Assembly: GCF_006345805.1 (NCBI RefSeq)
Contig: NC_043014.1
Span: 31,000,001 to 31,064,000, forward strand
Reading direction: 5' to 3'
DNA: 64,000 bases
Origin: Octopus sinensis
Taxonomy: Eukaryota
The notes under the pieces are model-generated. The model was not told where the DNA came from. It did no database searches and saw only the letters and a program-made list of their open reading frames with translations. Positions 24,001-36,190 of this stretch are shown here, piece after piece (position 1 is the stretch's first letter; the number at the start of each line of letters is the position of its first letter). A program made the translations under genes and the position numbers.

Positions 24001-25854
24001 AAAGTCTAATGATAGAATCTTATGGAGGAGGTACTTGAAGACTTTACTTCCATAATCCTCCTAGGACTAGTGGATGGAAAAGATGGATGGATAGATAGAC
24101 AGTTGCCATTTAAAAAAAATTTATTTCATTGTTTTGTTTTTGAAGATAGACATATTGTGATAGGACAGTTCATGTCCCCCACCAAAAATACAATTTGAAA
24201 AGGCTTCATAATCTCATAGTAGTATTATTATGATCATTTAGGTTTCTATATTGAGAGGCTGCAGAATGCAGAGATAAGTTGAAGTGATTGTACTGATATA
24301 GCTAATGTTTGGCACATCACTGTTTTGTGTTTAAATTCAACTGAGGTCAATTAATTATGTATTAGTGAGTGAGTGGAATTGATTCATTTGTCAATGACTA
24401 CACACTAACAAAATTAGCCCTGTAACTAGTTAAAAAGAAATCATTATTATTTAATAGTTGTTGTTTTTATAAATTATTGTCATTGTTGTTTAATTCATGT
24501 TTAATATATATATGTTAAGTATTGCATCATTGACATGTATAAACATCTAGACTGCCCATTTCCACTGGCATATAACTCAGATTTAAAACAAAAATCCCCT
24601 CCTCCCCCTCCTCCTCCTCATCATCATCACCACCACTACTACACCACCACCATCACCACACCACCACCACCATCATCGTCATCTCTTTTCCTTGTAGAGT
24701 TGAGCTATACACTTAATTCTACTCATATTAATTTAACTGTCAGAAATAGTCTCCAGATCATCTGTGAATGTTTCCTAAGACAGACTGTTGTGCTATCTTG
24801 GAAAGAGTTTTTATTTTTGCCCACTTAACTTTTCTGATACACCCGAGACTGTTTTTGCTTCTTTGATACAAATTTTTTGTTTTAACTTGAACTAAATGAA
24901 AACCTATTAAAATTTCATGTTAATGTTCCAAATGTCAGCTTAATAATGACAAAGTCATTTTACTAAATTCTTCATCAGTTTCAAAATTAATTGAAATAAA
25001 GAAAGTGTATTTGAACAGGTGGTAACACAAGGTTAAACACCATGACAACAGTGCTAAGAGCTGATCTTGAAAGGCAGCATTTCTGCCACCTCCTGACCAA
25101 GGTTCAAGGAACATTTGCTTTTTGTTTACATTCACTGACTGCATGATTATTTTTGTGGTTCGAAAGTCTTTTATTGTGGTGTCAGGTTGACCAGCATTTT
25201 GTGAGTGGCAGACGGAATTTATGCAAAAGTGTGTGTGTGTGTGTGTGTGTTGCAAGACATGCAACTTAACTTGAAGAACAACATAACTCAAAGAATCATT
25301 TAAAAATTTATTAGCTTATGTACGAGTTAATAAATGGTTTGTACATATTTTCATTTTTATTTTATTTGATTTTTGTATTGGTTTTTAGAGGTTTTTAAAA
25401 AGATTTTTCTACTTTTAAGTATGCCCTTTGGGACCAACATAAATTCTGATACAATGATGGAAATGGAAATTTATTTCTTAAAAAAGAAAAACAATGTAAA
25501 GTTGTAAAAAGCATAACTTGAAACAATATAAGTCAATGTATGCCTGTATACTAGTTTAAATTGTAATGCCAATTTATGTCCTTTTATGCAGAAAAATAAA
25601 ACTTCACCGTTCTTAGCCAACTTGACCATAGAAATTGATAATATGTATGAGACTGAAATATTAATATCAAACTGAGATAAGAACTTAGATTGATATAATG
25701 ATTGAGTTAAGAAATATATTACAGTCTCAAGTGAGGTAGCACTTAATCTGAGTTTTGATTCAAAAGACTGCCTTCATTTTGGCAGTTGATTTTATCTTGG
25801 TGTTGATAGGTCTTTTGATTGTTGTAATCTGGCGTATTATTTACTGTAGCAATT

Positions 25855-26095
25855 TATCAATCAATCAGCCATTCAGTGAGTCAGTCTGTCAATATATCGT
25901 TCAAATAATCAATATATCAAACAGTCAGTATATTGATCAGTCGATCAATCAATCAGTCAGTCCAAAATCAATTAATCGTCCTCTATCAGTTAATCAGTTA
26001 ATATGTCAATTAATCAACTGGTCAATAAATCAATCAGTTAATATATCAATCATTCAATATATTGAGCAACCAATCTATCAGTTGATGTATCAATA
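25855..26095. repeat. Cryptic (ATCA/GTCA)n tetranucleotide tract
   Basis: Recurrent tcaatcaatcag and tcagtcag words over ~240 bp. Confidence 0.8.
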
Positions 26096-28388
26096 AATTT
26101 AGTCATTATTAAACATATCGCCACCACCACTGGTGGAGGGCATAATTAGTAGTGTATCAGATATATAATGTTTGGCAGTATTTAATTTTGTGCTTTTACA
26201 ATACTGAGTTCAAATCTTTTGGGCCAAAATTAGGTATCAGTATTACCATTATTACCTTTAGCCTCTTCATCATCATCATCACCATTTTTACAAATTTTGA
26301 CAAATTATGTCTATTATTATTATGACTAATTTGACTATAAAATAAAGACAAGTAGCTTTCCAGAAACTATAATTCTAAACAGCAAACATACCAACACACA
26401 CTCACAACTCATATACATTCAATATTAACAGTAGAGTTATTGATTTGGCTAACCAAACACACACACACACACACACACACTCTCTCTCACACACACATAT
26501 ATTTCTCTCTCTCTCCTCCTCCTCTCCCTCCCTAGTAGTCTGAATCCTTTGCCCTTTATATGATCATCACCACCTGAATCCCCTCTAATGAAAGCATGCC
26601 TTTTCAAATTGTGTACTATAAATGTTTGTTTTGTTTGATCTACTGTTTTAACCTATTTTATTCCCCTTAAGATAATTCATCTGCCCCTTAGAACAGTGAG
26701 GTGAGGTTATTAAAAAATTGGTCCCATTTTGGCCTAGTCTGAAGATATTTTCCTTCCTGTAGTCATGGAGCTCTGAAAAAAATTATGAGCATTTGCCATT
26801 AAAAATAAATAAATAAATGGAATTGATATAAGTTTACAGAAAATCTTTCTGATATATCTTCATCCGTGGGCAAAATGAGCAACGCCCTAACTTCAGCAGC
26901 TGCCATTCTCTTTTAACATCTCAAAGTTGTTGGGGACTAAATATCTGCCTTTTTCATCACTTTCAGTCTCCCTCACTCAGTAACTGCTAGTATAGTTTCT
27001 GTAAAACTAAATTTACTCTAAACTTGCTCTGCTATATCACATACCAATGGTCCCTTACTTTTTTACACCTGGGTGTAACATGTCCAAATAGAACCCCACA
27101 TCAGTATACCCTCACAGTGCCTCACATCAATATATGCTCGCAGTTAGATAGCACTTCAATATGGTCACATGAGTGAAAGAGGCTGTTGTGATATTCTTTT
27201 ATTCTTTTACTTGTTTCAGTCATTTGACTGTGGCCATGCTGGAGCACTGCCTTTAAGTTAAATGAATCGACCCCAGGACTTACTTTTTGTAACCCTAGTA
27301 CTTATTCTATCAGGTGTTTTGCCGAACAGCTAAGTTACGGGGATGTAAATACACCAGCATTGGTTGTCAAGTGATGTTGGAGGGAGAAACACAACACACA
27401 CACACATTCACAAGTTCAATGAATCCACACTTGGTCTTCACTTCTATGTACAAATAAGGAGAACACATCATTTGTTGGTCCATAAGTGGACTGATTGTCA
27501 GCAGTGTATATATAATTTCCCAGCTCCTTTTTTTATGTTTAAAAAGTGGAAAGATTCATATATTCACATTAGCATATGCTGAGCAAAATTAAATTTTCTT
27601 TGTGCCCATCTCCCTTGTATCTAGAGTAGAGAAAATCCACATCCTCATCTCAAAACTGGTAACCTTCACTGTTCTGCTCAAAGGTAGGTGGAATATCAGC
27701 TTCCTCAACAGTAACGCTCTGGCAGGTAATGTACCCTCAGTGCTATGTATAGGCTATGCTGAAGAGGTTTGCATTTATCTCTGTATCTTACAAACTTTTG
27801 AATCAAACAACTAAAACCACAATTTCATTGCTCCAAGCTCACCCTGTCACAACACCTTTCCCTTCTTCTAAAGAAAGAAAAAAAAAGTTTCACAAAACAA
27901 GAAAAAAAACCTCTACATGCTACAAATAGCAGCCACATTTAATCAAATCCTGTCTTGAAACAGGAAGGACACATTGAATAATTTAGTAGTTCTAGATATC
28001 AAAATAGATAGGATAGTCGAGACTGGAATACCTTTTGTCCTATATCTGTTAAGTCAAGCTTACCTTATGTTACACATAACATCAAGAAAGAGGAACAAAA
28101 AAAGAAAAAGCCTTTATTGAGTTATTTTTCTTTTAATCATATAGCTTTAACCCTTCACTGTTCAGATTATTCTGTCAAATGTAATGTTTATTTCTTCACA
28201 TTACTTTGAATTAATCACACATGATCTCATAGTGTTAAGATTCCAATGATGTGCTCCTTTATTATTAGAATAACATAGTAGGTTAGATATGGGTGACCTG
28301 ATCTAGATGGTTTGAGTATAAAGGTGGTGGGACATGATTTGAGAGAATTTAAGCTACTATTTCTATCATCTTGAACAATCACATAGAG

Positions 28389-28632
28389 CAGTGGTTCTCT
28401 ACCATTTTTTTTTTTTTTTACCTCTGGAGCCCTTTGATTCACATTTTACTCAGATTAACCCCTATAGCCATTTGATGTTTTAAAACTCCTAATGTATTTT
28501 ATAATCAAATATTATTTGGGAATTGTATTAAAAATTAGTTGAAATATTTTTTGTATTGTCATAGCATAAGCAATTCATTGCAGATAGATTTTAACAACAA
28601 AATCTTATATGGACCATATGTGAGAACCACTG
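28389..28632. mobile_element. hAT (Charlie-like) MITE
   Basis: 11-bp TIR CAGTGGTTCTC/GAGAACCACTG. 8-bp TSD acatagag (28381-28388) and acataaag (28633-28640), 7/8 match with central TA. Confidence 0.88.
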
Positions 28633-30180
28633 ACATAAAGACTCATTTGGCATGTTGGCAGCTAGTAAATAGCTAGTACAATAGAAGCCTTTTCAGCCAT
28701 CTGTCCACCTCATCAAGGTCAACTGTCCACTACATTGGACCAAGCTTCCTTTACATTTATCAATGTATTTTCTTAGTCTTCTCAATGACAAGCAAAAACC
28801 TGTTCATCTTTGTCCTTCTTCAACTCAAATTAGTAACTTGGTTTTGATGTATGTACTGTTGATAGTGAGGTAGCAGTGAGTTGGTAGTGCTTTGTGTGTT
28901 TCTGTGCCTGTGTTTTTGCATATCTGTCCGTGTATGAATTAGTATTTGCGCGCGTGCACGTGTGTGTGTGTTTATTACTATGTTTCTATGTATATGTTGG
29001 CAACTCGGTTTCCTGTGATTCTTGCTATGCCTTGACTTCACACTTGTGTTTACCATCTACAGGTCCTTACATGTTTCAAAAAATCTACCTCTTGGTACTT
29101 TGCATATATATGTATTATGCATGTGTGTGTGTGTGTGTGTGTGTGTGTATGGAGAGAGGGAGAGAGAAAGAGAGAATTCATCTATAATTGATCTTGTTTT
29201 ATTTTTGTTTTGTTTGTTTTCCTATCCCTGCCTCTTGTTTAATTTCCATGACTCCTTTGCAAGTAGTTTTGGTACTATTAGTGGAAGAGGAACTGATAGA
29301 GAGAAAAGTGAATTGGAATTAAATTCTAGAGTTTAACAAACATTTAGAGATTTCCGTTTGGTAGAGAGATTAACATATATTGTAGTATCGTTGTTGTTGT
29401 TATCATTTAATATCTACATTTCCATGCTATTATGAGTTGGACAGAATTTGTTGAGGCAAATTTTCTACTGCCAGATGCCCTTCCTGTTGCCAACTCCTGT
29501 TCTCCATGACTAGTCATATTCTCATTGAAGAATAGGAATGAAAGACACTGCTTGCATAATGGGGACATTTGTTTACAACAGTCACATGAAGTTGAAACAA
29601 AGAGACAGTGACACACATGCACACACATATGATAAGCTTCTTTCAGTTTCTGTTTACCAAATCCACCCACAAGACTTTGGTTGGCCTGGGAATTAACCCA
29701 GAACCATGTGAGTTGGGAAGCAAACTTCTTACCACTCTGCCATGCTTGCACATATCATCATGGGTAATAAATTTATAATTTGATCAAATGAGGCCTCTGA
29801 CAAACCAAACCTGACATTGTAGTTTTGTCCTGATTCCATGTCTGAGTTCAAATTTTACAGTTTTTGTCCTGATTCTGTGTTCTGAGTTCAAATTCTCTTG
29901 AGATCAACTTTGCTTCTCATCATTCTGAAGTTAAAAACAAAATATGAAGTACCTATGAAGCCTTGGAGTCAATTTAGTTGACTAATCTCCTTTCCCCCAA
30001 ATTTGATGCTTTGTATGTCTGTTAGAAACTGTTACAACTATTATTGTTTTTATTATTACTCTACCCACCATCCTGAAAAGTAAAGCAAAATAAAACACTT
30101 GCCTAAGCTTGAAGAACTTACCAGGTGCAGATCCATGGTTCTGCAAGACCTATGGAGGCCATGGATGTTACAATAATTAC

Positions 30181-30348
30181 TTAACCCTTTAGCATTTAAA
30201 CTGGCCAGATTCAGCCTTGCACACCTTCCATACTTTCTAAATACAAGCAATCATGTCATTAAAATTTTGAAAGTGCATGATTAATTCAAAACAATATTAT
30301 TAATTAAGCATTACTTTTAATAAAAGAATCTGGATGCTAAAGGGTTAA
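30181..30348. mobile_element. TTAA-flanked MITE family D (piggyBac-type ends)
   Basis: Perfect ends TTAACCCTTTAGCAT...ATGCTAAAGGGTTAA. Longer ~200-225 bp copies at 2828-3054, 8611-8813, 14104-14331, 17992-18215, 28147-~28350, 30728-30936, 37394-37602 and 46940-~47163. Confidence 0.85.
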
Positions 30349-31269
30349 AGATGCTGGGTAAAATATTATCTAGCATTTAGTTTGACAGTTAACATTCTGA
30401 GTTCAAATCCTGTTGAGGTTGCTGTAACTTTTCATCCTTCTGGGAGTGGTAAAAACAAGTACCAATCATGTACTGGAGTCAGTATAATTGTATCACCATC
30501 ATTGTTGTTATTCTTACTAATATTGGTCTTCATACAAATAGCAGGGCCAGACACTTTGAAACATTTTATTTCCAACACTCATATCAGTTTGTCCTTGTTT
30601 TTCATCTTCAACATCTGTTAAAACTAATACCTCTAATATTTTCTATCGAAAACATTCCTACTTCTTTGTCACTATATTTTTACTAATAGTCTTGATACTA
30701 AGGCTATGGCACAAAATCAGATTCTGTTTAACCTGTTAGCATATAAATGGTCACATCTGGCCCAAATATTCTACCTGTCTTATGCTCAATTTGGCTGGAT
30801 CTAATCTTTCACACTGACCCTGCAATATGATTCTAAAAATAAACAATCACATTATTGAAATCTGGAAGTTATGAAATAATGCATGATGAATTGAAAATAC
30901 TGTGAATAAAGAGTCATCTAAATGCTAAAGGGCTAAACACTGTTTTAGCTGAAATCTTCAAACTTTACTACTCTCTAATCTTATGGATTTCAAATTAAAA
31001 GGGTGGCTTATTAGCAATTATAACCTAAAGGCAGAATTAATAGAGGTCACAAAAGTGACAGAGGGTGACTTTTGTCAGTCATTAAGTATAGTGCTTTAAG
31101 TGGCTTTAGAGTGAATTTAACTCTTAGTTTAACATAAGTGGTGCTAGTCAGCACCCTCCATCACTTTTGTGAGCTCTGTTAATTTTGCCTATATATGTAC
31201 ACACACACACACACACATTGCATGAACTAAAAGTCAGAGGGATACAGGATAAACTATCTGCATCAACTT

Positions 31270-32422
31270 GTTATAAAAGCAGGTAGTAATTTTACCTTGT
31301 ATTTATTCTTAGTGCAAGCTTTGAAGAGTGCAGTTCAATTTTAACAGTTATTTTTTTCAAAGCTATAATGTGACAAAGGAACATATTTGGCATTATGGGT
31401 TCAACAAAGGCAACGACACAATAGAAAGTGCAAGGAATATTAATGCAGTATATGGGGATCAGACAATAAGCGTAAGCCAATGTCAACGGTGGTTCCAGAA
31501 ATTCTGAACCAGGAATTACAGCCTAGAAGATGAACATCATCCTGGAATATCTGTAGAGCTCAAAGAGGACATCCTGAAAAACCTGGTGGAATGAAATCTC
31601 ATTATATCTATTGAGGAACTAGTAGAGAAGCTTGGATTTGGTCATTCAACCATTCATTGACACCTGTGTGCTGTCGGAAAAGTCAACAAATTAGGTCAAT
31701 GGTTCCTCACAAATGTTCCAAGTCTAATTACGTGCTCTTCTTTGGTGTCATGTCTCAAGAATGATCTTTTTTGGACTGAATAGTGACAAGAAATAGGTTC
31801 TCTAAAAATGTCAAGTGCTGAAGACAGTGGGTAGGGAAAGGAGAAACATCAGAACCCCAGGCTAAAGAAGGTCTTCATCCACATAAGGTGTTGTTATCTG
31901 TTTGATGGGATATGAAATGTTTAGTTCACTCTGAACTTTTAAACCCAAACCAAACAATAACAAAGGAAATTTACTGCGAGCAGCTTAAGTCAGCGCTAGA
32001 AGGAAAATGACTATCTTTAGTTTCAAGATAAAAGGTGTTCTTCCATCAGGATAAAGCTCAGCCACATGCAACAAGGATGACATTCCAAAGGCCGGAGCAG
32101 TTTGAAAAGAAAACAATGCCCTGCCCACTATATTCACCAGACATTGCTCCATCTGATTGTCATCTATTCCACAGTCTTCAAAATCATTTGGACGGAAAAA
32201 ATATGAATTCTATAGACAAGGTCAGAACAGTACTGGAGGAGTATTATTCGTTATGGACAAGTGAATTTTGGAAGAGAGGCCTTGCAAGCATATCAGTTAG
32301 ATGGAAGAGCATTGTAGAAAATGGAGTATATTTTGAATTAAAAAAGAAGTTTATTTATCTTAATTTTAAAAAATAAAATAAATATACAAAAAGCACATTA
32401 TTTATGGGATGACTCAATTTAT
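31270..32422 (+). mobile_element. Mariner (DD34D) transposon fossil, right TIR retained
   Basis: Frameshifted transposase: VTKEHI..FNKGN..ESARNINAVYGDQTISVSQCQRWFQKF, GKVNKLGQW, LHPHKVLLSV*WD, FHQDKAQPH and YSPDIAPSDCHLF, with 34 residues between the last two Asp. TIR-like end aaaaagcacattatttatgggatgactcaattta at ~32388-32422. No matching left TIR seen. Confidence 0.92.
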
Positions 32423-33069
32423 ATATACCCACATACATATTCTAATATACATATATGCCTCTTAACCTTTGCATGTACACACATATATGCATACCCACAC
32501 ACATACATATACAAATATATGCATATACATACACATGTACACATCTACACCACATACACCTACACACACATACCTACACACACACACATACTCTGACTCG
32601 CTTAACCAGCAGGGTGGTGTCATTTGAAGGTTAAAACAATGTGAAGCGCATTGTGACCAGTGATGTGTAGCAACATCTGATAGCCTGGTCGGTCATGTGA
32701 TCATGTGTGATATATATATACACTCACACACATACATATCTCAATACACACACACACACACATGCATACATGTATATAACTGTACTAACATGCTCATGTA
32801 CAGGCATGTGTATGTATGCATACACATATATATGTACACACTCATACATACATGTATGCATACACCTTCACACACACATATGCACATAAACATATAAGAG
32901 AGTGTACATCCATACAAACATTTTTATATATATTTTTATATATACACATAAATACATGCACACACAAACATACACACAAAGAGAGAAAGAGAGAGAGAGA
33001 AAGCAAAAGGGAGGGAAAAACATCTGCATATAACTTTTTGGATGCAGAAAATAATATGTAAAAGAGTAT

Positions 33070-35642
33070 ATATTCATATGTAGCTTTCATTATTCAGGCA
33101 ATGTTTGATTCGTGTCTCTCTGTGGGATGGTAGTTTTTGATTGTTGTCTTTCTTGGGATGGTAATTTCGGTGATTTTGGTATTATTTTTGGTTCAGTTTT
33201 GGTTGGTGTTTTTGAAAAAAATATTCTTCCTTGGCCTTACAGAAATGTTCATTTTCTGTCCATAGTTTGACGAAAGGGAATCTTTTGTATTTTCTTTTCT
33301 CACATTTATTGAAGTGTTCACTGCAAGTTATGTTTCTAACAGAGGAATCATGGATTTGTTGTTTATGTATCCTTACTCACTCATATTATCCAATGCCCAT
33401 TTCACCAATGTAGTACTCTTTGCATTAAGGGCATGCGACACAGTAAATTAGGTTTTTGGATTTGCAATTTATATTTGCATTTATTTTTAAAACATCTTTA
33501 AAAGTAATTTGTTCTCTTTCTTCCATGTAATCACATGTTCTACAATGAGGGTCACCACATTTTTGAACTCTCTTTGTTGTTTCTCTAGTTGTAACTCTTG
33601 CTTGAGTTAAGAGCTTTTTAGGTTGGGTGCTTGACATCTGCTATAAATTATTTTTGAATCTGTTAATTTGTTCATTTTTAATGATTGTTAAAGAACTGGG
33701 AGGTACCTTTTTGCAGTATTGATGATGTCATGATTTCTTGGGTTGTAGGTGATGACAAAAAGAATGCTTATGAGTTCATTTTTATTTTTGTGTGTTTGTT
33801 TTCCTCTGAGGTCAGTAGTTGGAATGTCTTTTGCTTTGGTGATTGCTGTGTCAATTTAGTGGGATACTTTTGTTCTTTTAGAAATATTTTTAATTCTTAT
33901 AATCTTTTCTCCCTTAATTTTGCATCTGTTACTATAGTGCAAATTTGTTTTGCAATATTAACAGGTATGTTTCTTTTGGTGTGTGAGGGATGGGAGGAAT
34001 GAAAGTTCAAATATTGGTGTGTCTCTGTAGGTTTGTAGAAGAGATCTGTTTTATGGTATTATCTTGTTTAATTAGAAATATGTCTAATTTGAAACCAGTC
34101 TATGTATCATAATATTTTTATCCTCATTTTGGTTTAGCTTCTCGTGTTGGTCATTAAGTTGTTCCAAAACCATATCTCTGTAATGGTTCTTGTCCATGAT
34201 AGTTGTTGCTCCACCTTTGTCAGCTTCTTTGAAAATTATCGAAGAGTCTTTTTAAAATTTATTCATGCTTCCAACAGATCTTAAGGTATGTTGGATTTAC
34301 ATTTCTTCTCCATTGCATTAGATGGAGCTGATCATCATAGGTAGCTAATATATTCTTCTGAGTTTTTGTCTCTATTTAAGATAGATCTGAATTCTGTTCT
34401 GTTTTTAACCAGTGATTGTGTATACAGTATTAAGAAAAAAATTATCTCAATCATAATTTTCGGCAAAATTCTTGTGTCTTTTATGAGTTCAGCTTGCTTG
34501 GATTTTGGAGTGGGTGTAAATTTCAATCCATTTTCTAGGATCTTAATTTCTTAGTGGATAAATTTAGTATTTTTGGTTTGCTTATGTGTTTGTTTTCTGT
34601 GTCTCATGAAGAATGGTGCTATTTTTTCTTTTTTTTTTTTGGTGGTTGATCTCCTGTCTTAAAAAATGATTTCCATTGGAATTAGGAGTGTTTTGCATTT
34701 CTCTGTATGAAAACATTTTAGGTTGGTTATTCATAGGTAAGTATGTTCTTGGTTGTTGGATTGGGGGTTGACTCATTATTCTATTGTTGTTCCATGTGGT
34801 TTGTTTGGGTCTATAATTTGGTCTCTGGCAAGTCCTGTTTTATCTTTGGTTAGGGTTCTTTGTTCTATTATTTCTTGTTATATCTGCATATGATCACAAA
34901 TTTGTGTTTCTTAGAGGACGGAGGTATCTGTTTATTTTGTGGGAAAATTTCCTTTCTTTTGGTGTTGTCTCGAGGTCTCAGGGTTGTCATAAACAGGTCA
35001 GTGTTTAGGTTTTATCTGGTTTTTCCCATAGGTGTTTTTGTATTCTTGTAGCCAGAAGATTTTTGATTCCAAGGTCTTACTCTTTGTCTCTTCATGTCTA
35101 GAAGTTTTTTTCAGGGTGGGGGGGATACTTCCACTGCTTCTTTTGTTAATTTCTTCATGTATATAGGTGTCATATTTTTCAAATTTCTTTTGGAAGTTTG
35201 TTGCTCTAAGGCAGAGTAGTGTGATTACTGCTTCAAATCTCTAGTGCTAAATTGAGGTGAATTTGTTTCTTCAATCGATCAACATCAATGGAAATTGTAG
35301 CTGTGATACCAGTGCCGGTGGCACGTAAGAGAACCATCCGAACGTGGCCGTTGCCAGCGCCGCCCCGACTGGCCTCCGTGCCGGTGGCACGTAAAAAGCA
35401 TCATCCGATCGTGGCCGTTTGCCAGCCTCGTCTGGCACCTGTGCAGGTGGCACGTAAAAAGCACCCACTACACTCACGGAGTGGTTGGCGTTAGGAAGGG
35501 CATCCAGCTGTAGAAACACTGCCAGATCAGACTGGGCCTGGCGCAGCCTTCTGGCTTCCCAGACTCCAGTTGAACCATCCAACCCATGCTAGCATGGAAA
35601 ACGGACGTTAAACAATGATAAAATTTCATATCAAAGAAATAA

Positions 35643-35674
<32 letters not shown>

Positions 35675-36190
35675 GACGTTAAACGATGATGATGATGATG
35701 ATGTTATTTCTTTGATATGAAATTTTCTTGGGAGTATTACTTCTCTGCTCCTCCACCATTCATATGTGTTGGCTAGGTTTTCATTTCTTAGAGCTTTCCT
35801 ATATGCTTGTTTTCTTTTATTTGATATACTGTGTGTGCATGTATGTCTGAATAGGTGACCTCACATCAGTAAGCACCCCACTGGTCATTTTTTGACAAGT
35901 CATAACAGTATTGGCCACTCCAAAATATTCCATTTCTTTATTCTTGACTCTCCTTCCCCCTCTATTCACAATTGCTATTAGTCTTATCTTTATTCTTATC
36001 TTTATATTTATTTTTAGCTTTATTTCATTTACTTATTTTTTCCACTTCTTTCTTCCTTGATCTTCTTTTTAAACACATAAGCTTTTATATTTTTTAAAAA
36101 TATATATTTTTGTTATTTAAGCAACTAGTAAAACAAACATTTTTCAGTTTGAAAACAGCTATTTGATGCTTGAAACTCATCAGTCACTCA
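33070..36190 (-). mobile_element. Penelope-like retroelement (Neptune-like), decayed, RT core deleted, interrupted by an RTE-tail element
   Basis: Minus-strand frames, allowing frameshifts, give in order: an N-terminal part (LPRKFHIKE; KFTPTPK), IIFKEADKGGATTIMDKNHY (~34190-34240), and the RT thumb LDIFLIKQ..TDLFYKPTETHQYLNFHSSHPSHTKRNIP (~33960-34088). Then come a Cys linker KCGDPHCRTC and the GIY-YIG domain NLIYCVACP*CKEYYIGE...RIHKQQI...CSEHF...KEEYFFKKHQPKLNQK* (stop 33182-33184). The CX4CX2C linker is characteristic of the Neptune group. Confidence 0.9.
35277..35618 (+). mobile_element. RTE 3'-UTR copy (three repeat units) inserted into the Penelope element
   Basis: Near-identical to 16930-17410: aacatcaatggaaattgtagctgtgatacc, the repeat units, GGAGTGGTTGGCGTTAGGAAGGGCATCCAGCTGTAGAAAC and ...GGACGTTAAAC. 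Confidence 0.88.
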
